A stretch of DNA of 64,000 nt from Hyphochytrium catenoides (Eukaryota; Protista; Hyphochytriomycota): assembly GCA_900088475.1 (NCBI GenBank), contig FLMG01000135.1:62001-126000 (forward strand), read 5' to 3'. The notes beneath the pieces were generated by a model. The model did no database searches and was not told the DNA's origin. It was given only the letters and a program-made list of their open reading frames with translations. Below, one piece after another: positions 39,040 through 49,399 of the stretch. Position 1 is the first letter of the stretch; the number at the start of each line of letters is the position of its first letter. The position numbers were made by a program, and so were the translations under genes.

Positions 39040-40796
39040 TTAGTGAAATAGCCTTTCTGGAGCTCCTCGTACTATAGGTCTCAACAGTTCGGCAAGGACC
39101 AGACTGTCGCAGGCTTGGGCAGGCCTCCTTGCAGGCTCTGCAGAAGCTTTTCGTTTTTCAGAGCTTCTGAATGATCTTGAGGACTGAGGATTCTGATGGG
39201 AGGGTCTCCTCCTAGGGGAGGTGTGGACCGTAAACCACTCATATTCTCGATAAAAAGCATTATCATGGTAGAAACTCTATAGTACTGGATCCTATATCAG
39301 AAATACGTGTGATAGGATGTCATGTCAGTCTGTTATTAGCAAATGAAAGCACATCTTTGGGAGACTGTGTGCTTCATCTCATGAGCAAGCATGCCAGCAC
39401 CAAGGGCACGATGAACTCTCTGAAGATGATGATCCTTCAGTCCTAATACATTAAAAAATTAACCTAGAACCTAGAGGCAGGAAGAAAGCTAATGGATTGC
39501 TCGAAGAAGGATAGCAGCCACTTTGAAGGAAGGAAGATCTCTTGAAGAGAAGAAGAGGCGTTTGATGTTGAGTTCCCGAGTGTCAGTCAAAAGAAAAGCA
39601 TGGGATCGATTGAATAGAGTGAAGCCTTCTGTCGTTCGGTGCACAGCGTTAGGGCATACAAGGTCTATGCGCTGAAGATGTCGCCATAGAGAAGTCTGCA
39701 GGAACACTTGAGCGGATTTATCTAGGAGCTCCCGTTCATTTTGAGCGCTATGGCGAATGTGATGCTTTCCAGTGGTGGATCCACCGATAGGCCATCCAAA
39801 CCCTTTAAGGAGAGAATCATACAGCTTCGCAAGAAGTACGACGTATGTAGCTTGATCTTCAGCCACCATACGGCACTTCTCAGAAAGATGATTTAACTTC
39901 GTTATAACGTTTTCGTTTACAGCTCGTTCTACTCGATGCAGTGGCTCTTCTTAGCGGTGAACATAAGCATCTGGCTGGGTAAGGGCAGAGGTCACTCCTT
40001 CCCACGGTTTCTTTGTGACAACTAACACTATCTGTATCTGTAGTCAACAGCAGAGTAGCGCTAATGCCCTAAAGACCAGCCTACTTAGCAGAATTGAGGC
40101 CTTCAACCTTGAGTGCGATGAGATCTATAAGGATATTGTACGAGTCCCTTGATGATGCAGCATGAGTCACGTGTGCACTAACTCCCTCCTGTTCGATCTC
40201 TATTTTCGATAGCATCAACGCAAAATGAGGCTGCTTGTAAGAGACGAAGGGCCATCCACTTCCGAGGAGATTCAAAAGGAAGTTCAGGCGGTGGGCCAAA
40301 TCTCACAACTTATAGGGGACTTTAAATACTTCCTTGAGATAGGGGAGAGCCCGAACAAAGATTAGGGATCTACGAAGGTCAACGTTGAAGCTCAGACAAG
40401 CAGTTTTTAGATATCAGGGTGTGTAAGTCAAGACAGCTAACCTCCGTGGAATTGGCTATATTGTTGCCACTGCTTGAGCAAGGTTGTGGAACTCGTAAAG
40501 ATATACCAGTCCCAACTATGACTGAAAAGTACGTACGTGGGATACAACGATCCCCCAGCCATTTGACGTGAGCGGCACTACTTGGAAGTACGAAGGGGTT
40601 GGGAACAAAGGTATAAGGCTACTTTCGTTACTAGTAGGCGGGAGAAAGGCTGGCACGAGGAACCACACGAGGCAGACCTTTGGAAGAGCCCAGCCTCGGC
40701 TTCGGGTAGGTCATGTAGCACGAGGAACCACTGTGGTCGCAAAATATCATGAAGACTCCCTTCCCCGGAAGAAGTAGTAAAAACCCTTGCAGCCAT
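39040..40796 (-). CDS. Hypothetical protein, multi-exon, no recognised family
   Basis: [39 protein letters not shown] | [31 protein letters not shown] | ... then ORFs 40081-40299 and 39489-39869. The stop is at 39040 or 39081 depending on the acceptor used. Confidence 0.5.
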
Positions 40797-40805
40797 ATTT
40801 CATAG

Positions 40806-41966
40806 CTATATGGCCCTGCGAGCTTCATTGGCCTTGTCTGCTATGTGGAAGTCCGAGCTGATAGCACACAACTTACCGCACCTGCACTCGCATCTTAGCC
40901 AGACAGGGTTAGCATCAGTAGAAAGCCCATCCCTCACTGCTAACGCAACGCTGAGGCTCCGGCGTCTTTACGTGCTCGAAGCTTGGAGTCCAAAGAAGCC
41001 CTCATTGGAACGCGAAAGCAAGGTCTCTCTTGGTAGTCTGAAACTAGACCCCATCAGAAGATTGCTTGCCATCGCAGGGCGCCCGAAGGGTGAACCTTTT
41101 CCCATGTGACTCACGTGGGAAAGATGAGATATTTGTTTGGTTGGAGGACGCCTGTGTGTAGAGCAAGAGAGATCATACATAACTGTTGGCATCCACTTGA
41201 TGAGCTTTAGAGACCATACGACTTCGGTTACCATTTGTCAGGCCAAAGTGTCGTTTGAGAAAGGCAACCAGCTTGGGAGAGGGTCTATCATAGGCGATAT
41301 CCTCGGGGCTCTGGCGTTCTAACTAGTTTGAGATAACTTTTAGCCTAGACTTTGCCATAAATAACCCACAGTGCTACGCCAACGGCATAGGTCGACACCC
41401 TACCTTCAGCATTGCATCAAAAAGCTTGCGTCCCAGTCCTTTCCTCTGGCCTGATGAGTGTATATAGAAGTCCAGAACGCAAAAGCTGTCTTTCTCCTTC
41501 ATTTTGTTGCTTTTGTCCTTAAAGCCAGAGGTTTATATAAGCAACAAAGCAGTCCCAAAGAAGACATCATCCTGTAGATACAACTCTTACATAGAGAAAG
41601 AGCTTTTTCTGGCCTACTTTCAAGATTCCCCACAGTTTTCCCTCGTCAAATAAGGTATATAGTCTCTGCGCTCCTGATGGGTCAAGCAGCTTGGTGGACA
41701 CCGTTAAGGGCTGGTTGAGCTGCTGCTCCTGTGTATATGTCAGAATATGAGCAAAGCCTTCGTGTGAGCTAAAGTCAATTCAGCGTAACCTTGGCGGATT
41801 CCACTCCCAACTTGTCAATCGCTTTAGTGAGGCTAGAAAAAAGCGACCCCTTCGAAGGCCCAGATCTAAAGTTACTCTGTCGTTGAAGGGCGAGAAGCTC
41901 TTTATCTGTAACCCGGGCTATGGACGAGTTTCCAAAATATACATTTGCCTCTGGTATTAGCTCCAT
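40806..41966 (-). CDS. ATAT1: Alpha-tubulin N-acetyltransferase (MEC-17 family), multi-exon
   Basis: AIDKLGVESAK, VGILKVGQKKLFL, CVLDFYIHSSGQRKGLGRKLFDAML, IAYDRPSPKLVAFLKRHFGL, QPNKYLIF. The 3' end (40806) is approximate. Confidence 0.92.
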
Positions 41967-43584
41967 CGTGGGAGCAGATGTTATTATCAATCAGCCTTAT
42001 AGTCGCGGCTTATCCGCCGCTCAAGGCAAAAGGTTATACACGCCCTGCTCAAGAGGAATGAATATTTTCCCTGATGTGGGAGTCTCTCCGTCATTGAGCG
42101 CTGCCTCGAGGAGGTCAAGGAAAGGTGCTTGGCGCCTGTAGGGATCGAAGTGGCGATAATAATCGGCTGAAGACAGGTGAATTCTTGTAAAGTGGCAGAG
42201 CTTTTCCGTTACAGTGATTCCTTCTTATTCTATGATGCTTTCTTGTTGCACTCATGGTAATCAATGATGGTCTTGATGATGCCCGCATAACCGATGCCTC
42301 CGGTTATCGCTTAGTGATTACTTTATTGCCCCACCTGTAGAGGTTAAAGCTGTCAGGTTTTTTTCCGTACGAACAAGTAAGACGGCACATGCTGTGTGTA
42401 CGCGTGGGAGGGTGTAGGCCGTCTGCCACACTCGTGTACAACGCTTACAAGATGGGGTTCATCAGTCCAAAGACTGCAGCTGGACGGGTGGGTGGGGGCG
42501 AAGATCGACCCATCCAACCACTGAAAAATTTTCAGTGAGAGGCGCTGATAACCCTTAGTCTCCGGCGATTCCTCCCCTTTGGAACAATGGCTTTAGCCGT
42601 TGGCAGTCACTCCCTCTCGTCCTGGGGATCACCCCAGCCATCACTTTCTCCATTTTCACACTCCACGAAACACTTGTCAGTAAGTGACCACCCTCATTTA
42701 CCTTGTTTGTCTGTAACCAGTCTTGTCTTTCGCCCCATTCTGTCTCTACTTGAGCCATAGATAAAGCCCTCTTTCACCTCACCTCCTCCCCATTCTGGCT
42801 ACCTGTTTTACGGTCCCTATTCCAGTCATTGTGCTGTTGTAGAGCCAGCAGCTGTACGGTAAATTCTATCAAAAGATGTTCCTGGACGTGTGGCTGCAAG
42901 ACAGATCAGAGCGTTACGCCCTCCCTCTTGACACGCCACTACCTTGCTGTGCCTGTGTTGAAATATCTCCCACGATGGCTTCCCCTCCGATGTCTTCCTT
43001 TACACCTCTCGCTCTGTCTGTCAGAAGACTGACGGAGCCTAAGATCAGAAACTGGCCTGAGACGCTAAGTGTGGGCGAGGTGGATGCCAAGACTGAAGTT
43101 ACTCACTACTATCCATCTTGTTGAGGCTTTGACTTTGATGCCTAAGCCTATAGTTCTACTTCCTGCTCTACTGAAATGGACCCAAAGGTCCAGTTCATAG
43201 GCGTGCTGCTGGCGTTTCCCCTTTTCCTAACTTGTTTTGGATGTCCAGATGCCGACCATAGATAGCCAAATCCTCGACCCAATGCGCTCCCTCTTCTATG
43301 ATGCAGTCAGCTCAGATTCTGGGTATGATGAGGGTAGGGGTGAAGAAGACAGGCAGCACACAATCTTTCTGACAAGTTCTCTGATTCACAAGGTGCGTGA
43401 CAGAAGGGGAGCTGAAGGGCCAAACTGGACTTTCTATTTAGTACTTTGCAGTCGCGGTCATTTTTACTTTGGGCAAGAGCAGAGACGGTTGCGAGCTCAG
43501 CCGCGCCGCTGTCTTTGAACTATTTCTAAAGTCCAGACAGTCTGCACGCTCCATCGTACTCCCGTCTGTCAGAAGATTACGGCA

Positions 43585-45120
43585 ATGATGCGGATCACCA
43601 GCGCTTTGGGCTTGCTGGGGCTCTTTGCTGCGTCCGCCTCGGCAGCAACTAACCCAATCGTCGTGAAGGGTGCCTATATGTATGACTCAGTTACCAAGGA
43701 ACGCTTCTTCGTCAAAGGGTTGACTTATGAGTACGCTGTGGACGACACAAACTATGCCAAGTGGAAGGATAGACTTGACAAAGTTATTGCCTTGGGAGTC
43801 AACTCCCTTAGGCTTTACAATATCAACCCAGACCTCAGTTATGACAAATTCATGACGGATATGGCAGCAGCAGGGGTATACGTCATGCCTGCTGCTACCC
43901 CTGGAGGTGATCCCTATTTCGAAAACTACAAGTACTGTACGCTGAACCGCTTCAGCCCTCCAGATGAGAAGGTACTCAACAACTGTTACCCCGCCTGCCT
44001 TCTGCAATATGGCAAAAAGGTGGCTGCCAACTTTGCCAAGTACGACAACACTCTCGCCTTGATCATTGGAAACGAGGTAATGCAGTATAACGCTACGTCT
44101 GCTCCTTGCGTCAAGCAGTATGCATCTGATCTCAAGGCCTGGATGGGCTCAGCTGACGGAGTGAAAGCTATGAGAACGTTACCTCTAGCCTACGCTGAAG
44201 CAGATTCCGCACCAGAGCCTGCAATAGTCATAAATCCCAAGGCCGATGCCAACGAATGGGCGACGCTGCGTAACCAGTTCTTTGTGTGCGACGATAAATA
44301 TGTGAACGGTGTCGGCCAATCATCTCTGGATATTACCATGGTCAACACGTACCGGTGGTGCGATGACCTCTCTGGTCCGACGGGGTATGATAACATCAAC
44401 AAGGCGATGAAGGGATTTCCTGGAGCGGTCCTCTTTGGAGAGTTCGACTGTGCTAAAGGGGGTCAGCGGAAGCTGGACTCGGCTGTGAAATACTTGTTCT
44501 CTAGTAAGATGACGGAGGTCTTCTCTGGTGGTTTCGCCTACACATGGGGCACTGCCGGTGTCGCCCCTGCCTTGGCGGGCGATGGCTATCAGCTGGTGAC
44601 AGACAGTGACAGTGACATTGCTGGGGATCCTGGAAGCGCAACCAATGACAACTATGACAAGCTCAAGGCTGCGTACACTGCTGTTAAACCTACAAGCACT
44701 CCTGGCACATGGTCGTCCAAGTCTGATCTCTGCACTAAGTTTTCTGGAACCGTCCCTGCTGGAGAGGACTTCAAAGCCACATGCAAGACAGTTGTGTCCG
44801 AGATGTCTACAAAGACTAACAGCAAGGTCAGCTGGCCCATCAAGACAAGAGAGAATGCTGGATGCAATGACCTAGGCGAGCCCTGCCCAGTCGCTTATCC
44901 TAAGGGTCTGAAGACAACTCAATCTACGCTCTGCGGAGGTTCTGCACCTACTCTGGCTCCTAGCAAAGCGAGTGGTGGTGGTAATGGAGGGAACGATAGT
45001 GATGCTGGTAGCAATAAAGAAGGGACAGGCAACAACAGTGCTGCCACTGGGATCCCTTATTCATGGGGTTCCTTGGCTGTAGCGCAGGCGGTTGTCCTTC
45101 TGCTCTGGCAGTACGCTTAG
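43585..45120 (+). CDS. GH72 beta-1,3-glucanosyltransglycosylase (Gas/Gel type), signal peptide plus GPI-anchor signal, intronless
   Basis: 511-aa single ORF with signal peptide, ERFFVKGLTY, LGVNSLRLYNINP..YDKFM...AGVYV, FAKYDNTLALIIGNEV (acid/base Glu), NTYRWC, GEFDC (nucleophile Glu), MTEVFSGGFAYTW, a Gly/Ser/Asn linker and a hydrophobic C-terminus. Confidence 0.93.
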   Translation: MMRITSALGLLGLFAASASAATNPIVVKGAYMYDSVTKERFFVKGLTYEYAVDDTNYAKWKDRLDKVIALGVNSLRLYNINPDLSYDKFMTDMAAAGVYVMPAATPGGDPYFENYKYCTLNRFSPPDEKVLNNCYPACLLQYGKKVAANFAKYDNTLALIIGNEVMQYNATSAPCVKQYASDLKAWMGSADGVKAMRTLPLAYAEADSAPEPAIVINPKADANEWATLRNQFFVCDDKYVNGVGQSSLDITMVNTYRWCDDLSGPTGYDNINKAMKGFPGAVLFGEFDCAKGGQRKLDSAVKYLFSSKMTEVFSGGFAYTWGTAGVAPALAGDGYQLVTDSDSDIAGDPGSATNDNYDKLKAAYTAVKPTSTPGTWSSKSDLCTKFSGTVPAGEDFKATCKTVVSEMSTKTNSKVSWPIKTRENAGCNDLGEPCPVAYPKGLKTTQSTLCGGSAPTLAPSKASGGGNGGNDSDAGSNKEGTGNNSAATGIPYSWGSLAVAQAVVLLLWQYA

Positions 45121-45337
45121 TTTATGACAAATACTTAAAACCTTTCAAGACCGACAGATTTCCGATTAAGCCTGACTTCCCTTGCTATTCTTGCTCCCTC
45201 ATGTCCCACTTACGATCCCGAAGCCTCTCAAACATGTGACTGACAGGGACCAACCCAAAGGCCGTGGTAACATTTTTATGGAACCCAAGCCCCATGTTGT
45301 TATAGACTTAAGAAGAGCGAGACCTCTTCGCTTCTCT

Positions 45338-47084
45338 TCAGTCAAAGTGACCAGAATGCCTTTTGGTTGTCGTGCGCAGTGTGGCCTCAAGCTGATCGGT
45401 GACTTTTACGAATAGCAGCCCCAGAACATAAGCCTAATAGATACAATTTCTGGTCAGAGATAGCCGAAAACTATGCCCACGAGATACTTACCCCGGCTAG
45501 CAAGGATGCAGTGTAGACGATAGATTCTGCTAAAGTCTTTGAGGGCGCTGAGTACTTGATCGAGATAGGGGAGAACTTGTACTGAATGTGTATGGAGCTC
45601 AATTGGCGCTGGTCGATGATCGCATAGCTTGCCTGCGTGTAGGTGTATTGGTAATCGGCTTCATTGCTAGCTTTGATCACTGGCACCTGTGGAAAATGGC
45701 TTATTAGGAGCCCCTATAGGCAAATCATGAGGAGCACTTGCAGCAAAAGATCACTTTCTTACCACGTGTATGTCATATTGAAACTTTTCTTGGATGTTCT
45801 CCCCTCTCGTCTGAACCTTGTTAGAGGAGAAGACTTCCTTGGCTTCGAGGTGGTCAACCTGTGGCGCTTCAGTATCTGGGGATGCCTTGAGGCCCGAATA
45901 TGGCTTTTCAAGGCGAAAATGGGATTTTAACTGCTTTGCCCGAACTTCTTCCTCTGTCATGGAGCTCATGGAGAGAAACGAAGGGGTGGAAGACTTGCGC
46001 TTGCCAGAGAATGGTGAAGGATTTGAGCCAGAAAGGTGCTTGGTAGGTGACCTTGACTGCCCCATCATTGCTTGGAGCTTCGACAAGAGGCTTACGTCAT
46101 CTGTACCCTCATGACTATCATCGGTCATCGTAAGTAGTTCCGTATCAGCATGTTCGTGAAAAGTTAGGCTAGAGAAAGACCAAACAGAGCAAGAAGAAGC
46201 TTGTTAGGGCAGATCCCACTTGGATATGCTAACAACACGATTACCTTCGAATGTTATGGCTTAAATCGAAGCTAGATATCTCTTCGCTGTTGTACATCTT
46301 CAGTTTGAATGCAGTGGGTGAGATAGGAGAGACAGGGAGTCATTGATGGCAAGATTAGTAGATGTTCTTATGGCCGCGATGAGGCAAGAGATAAAAATGA
46401 CGCACTTGTCTAATAATGCCACGGTATAGGGCTGAAGAAAGCTGCAGCGTCCCGGGCCCTTTATGGACAAGCGCGATGCCAGTGACGCGACAGCCCTCCC
46501 GCTCGTTCAGTTGCGCCTCCAGTTGCTGATAGCTCCAACTTTTCTCAATCTTCGGTTTTCGGTCCCACTTGCTGACACTGTCAAGCGGCCTGTGCTCTGT
46601 TATGCAACGACAATGGCGATAAGGATGTCTAAGCACCAGGTAGTTAACTGGAGGAGGTACACCCGCATCTCATACCTGTATGACTAGTCTTTCCATGGTC
46701 GTCCGGCTCCATTACTAACAGCCCATTAGAGCTCAGCCTGCTGTACCGAAGGACATGTGTGAGATCTGTGTTGAAGCGTCCTGTGCCGTCCAAATACTCA
46801 AAGTGCAGAACACCGCATGGAATGTTATGAATGTCCAGCTCCACTCGGACCTCCACATAGTTATGCCGGTGCTGCTCTACCACCAATGCGGAGAGCGTTT
46901 GAGGGTAGAAGTATTGGCAGACCTCCACCCAAAGAATATAGAGCATCAAGCAGCCAGTGAGGAGACTGACCAAGCCACCACGAGAAGAAGAATTTTTGAA
47001 GTCCCTATGCACACGCCCATAAAAGTCCAGTCCACCGAAGGTGGACGTCGCTTCTATCATTGTCCTGTCTTTTGTCACCGACAC
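45338..47084 (-). CDS. ER-Golgi intermediate compartment protein (Erv41/Erv46, ERGIC family), multi-exon
   Basis: LDFYGRVHRDF..SSSRGGLVSL plus TM, NIPCGVLHFEYLDGTG, EGCRVTG...KGPGTL, FDLSHNI..LTF, FQYDIHVVPV, YQYTY, IQYKFSPISIKY and a C-terminal TM; last exon AYVLGLLFVKV...GHFD*. Confidence 0.88.
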
Positions 47085-49399
47085 CTTTTGATCCTACCCC
47101 ACAGAGTACGAGTACGATCTCCTTCGGATTGATCTGGAACCCTCTGAATGCGGAATGGCTAACTCGTAAGATCGAAGGCAGCGGCTACTCGCAGTGGTCA
47201 TCCTCCGGTGAGGCTGAAAAGGTTGGACGTGCCGTCAACTCCTTTCACCTTTCGTCAGAACCCATGGCCTTCTTTATCACCAGCAAGCATGAGAATTCAT
47301 GAAAGGACAATCGAATGTAATAGGACCGTCAAGAAGAAGAGAACAGAGGGCCATGAGGGTGAGCACACACTTCTACTCGTCGGATGATATCAAAAGAAGT
47401 CTGGACGCTGGCTAGCCCGCACGGCTCCACTTGGGAGCCATGACAGTTCAACTGCTTGCAACCACTGGGGCGGAGCCGATACATGTAGGGGATACCCGTC
47501 CCCTTCATATTTCCGCGGTGGTGTCCGTCGTTACACCGAGGATGGGGGTAGCGTTTGTAACGAACGAATCAGTGATTTTGATGAAAGAAAACATCATGAG
47601 GGTGCATGCGAATGATGGTGGGAGCGCCCTATGAATAAGAAAGCTACGTACTCGTCGGCAGCTTATTAGTTGTGCCCAAAGAAAGAATGAGGTGTCATAA
47701 AAGAGGTCAACCTCTTAACCCATTAGAGTGGTGGTGGGAAGAGCCTTTGTCGATGGTTAACCAGCAGTTTCTCGTTTCATCTAGTGAAGTAGCTGATAGC
47801 TGCGTTTATTTAGGATACTTGGACTGATGAAATGAGACACCACCACCATGATAATGATGCTGCCGGATTGAGTGTTGTTAGGACACACCAATTAATGATG
47901 TAAGGTGGGAAGATACCGCCCAAGTCAGGATAAAGTCGCTGTAAGGGCTTCAGCAGAGCGTCTGGCTACGATACTTGAGTGACATCGAAAACAATGAACG
48001 GATGGCCACGAATAATGGAGGGCGTCTTAGCGAAAGGCACTACCAGAGCTATAGCTATCATTGACTGCTGCACCCATTTCTCTGTCGATATTGCTGGCCT
48101 TCTAATAGAACTACTCAGTCAATGACCCGACCGCCCACACCAAGCATCATTTGGCATGAGAACAGCTGGCCTCCATCATCCTCACCCGAGCAACAACGGA
48201 AGGAATGATGTACACCAAACTATTATCATAATATAGTGCTGACTGGCATCTCGGTGGCTAAACTTGCGATTTTTAGAAGAGCCTGAATAATAATCCACTG
48301 TTGTTGTTGACTTCTTCCATCATCGTCTCGGCGTCTCGAAAAGGAATAGAGCGCTCATCTAGCCCTGGACGGGCGAATGCAGGGATGGTGATGATGAAGT
48401 CACCGAAAGACCTTGATCATATATAATAGTCGGATCTATATTACGATAATATGATCGAAAAGTCTGACTGACTCCCCTGCTGCTGCTCGCTGGCAACATC
48501 ATGGACATAGTTCGCCATGAGCAATCAGACCATAAAACCCTCTGTCGGCCGCTCGGCGCTGAAAGGTTCTAAGACGATCATCACCCACCGCCCTATTATA
48601 CTATTAGACTATCGATGATACTGTCAAGAGCTGTCGAGACATGAAGAAGAGATCCTATCGAGAGATGACGATGCTCTTGGATCAGAGTGTATGTGCAAAG
48701 AGAGGAGTTCCTACAAGGGAGAACGAGATCATCAATATCATCCACAGATCAGAGGTCTTATTATTTATTGATTGCAGTAGGTTCCAGGTGCTGTTGTTTG
48801 GTCTGTGACTTCTTGACTTCTTTAGACTGGAACAGTTACTAATTGACGCTGTAATGATCTTCAGGCTAAGGTTATCATGAGTGATTCTTCGTGCAGATGT
48901 AGAAGAGAGAAGGGTGAAATCGAAAGAGAGATCGCGCCAATCCAGATGTTCTACGTTCTAGTTTTATTGTACTTGTAGAACTACATATGCGAAATTGTAA
49001 GGATTTCTGAACACCAGTAGGAACTATTGAGTTTTTGCGTTATTTCACATAGTAAATCACAATAGTTGTTGATCGTTGATGACTGATGCCAGTGCAGCAG
49101 CCTGAGAGTAAGACGCATGATCTCATCTCTCCTCCACGGAGACCTTCGAGCCCTTTGATATCTTGCTCATGAGGTTATGGATAGTAGTGGGTTGTAGGAA
49201 GGAGGAGGCAGCATCCGCTAATCGAGAGATTAGTTCCCAGATCCGCGTTGGCCTGTAACGAACAACGATCCAGCTCTTCTGAATTTCAGGCCCCACCTCC
49301 ATCTGTCCTAGACAATAAGTACTAAAACGAGAATGTCAGGCTGAAGTATGATAGTTATCGAGCCTAGTTGAGCATTATACCTTTGCCTCTTATACCGAG

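Noticed and set aside
14925-41966. Apparent CoA theme (acetyl-CoA transporter, PPCS, ATAT1)
   Set aside because: The genes are separated by unrelated ones and act in different compartments; coincidence is the simpler explanation.
42486-42537. G-rich run and palindrome cactgaaaaattttcagtg upstream of GH72
   Set aside because: Only three clear G3 runs and a single short palindrome; not enough to call a G-quadruplex, terminator or MITE end.
47823-47880. CTGATGA suggesting a hammerhead ribozyme core or snoRNA box C
   Set aside because: No stem II/GAAA arrangement and no properly placed box D with terminal stem.
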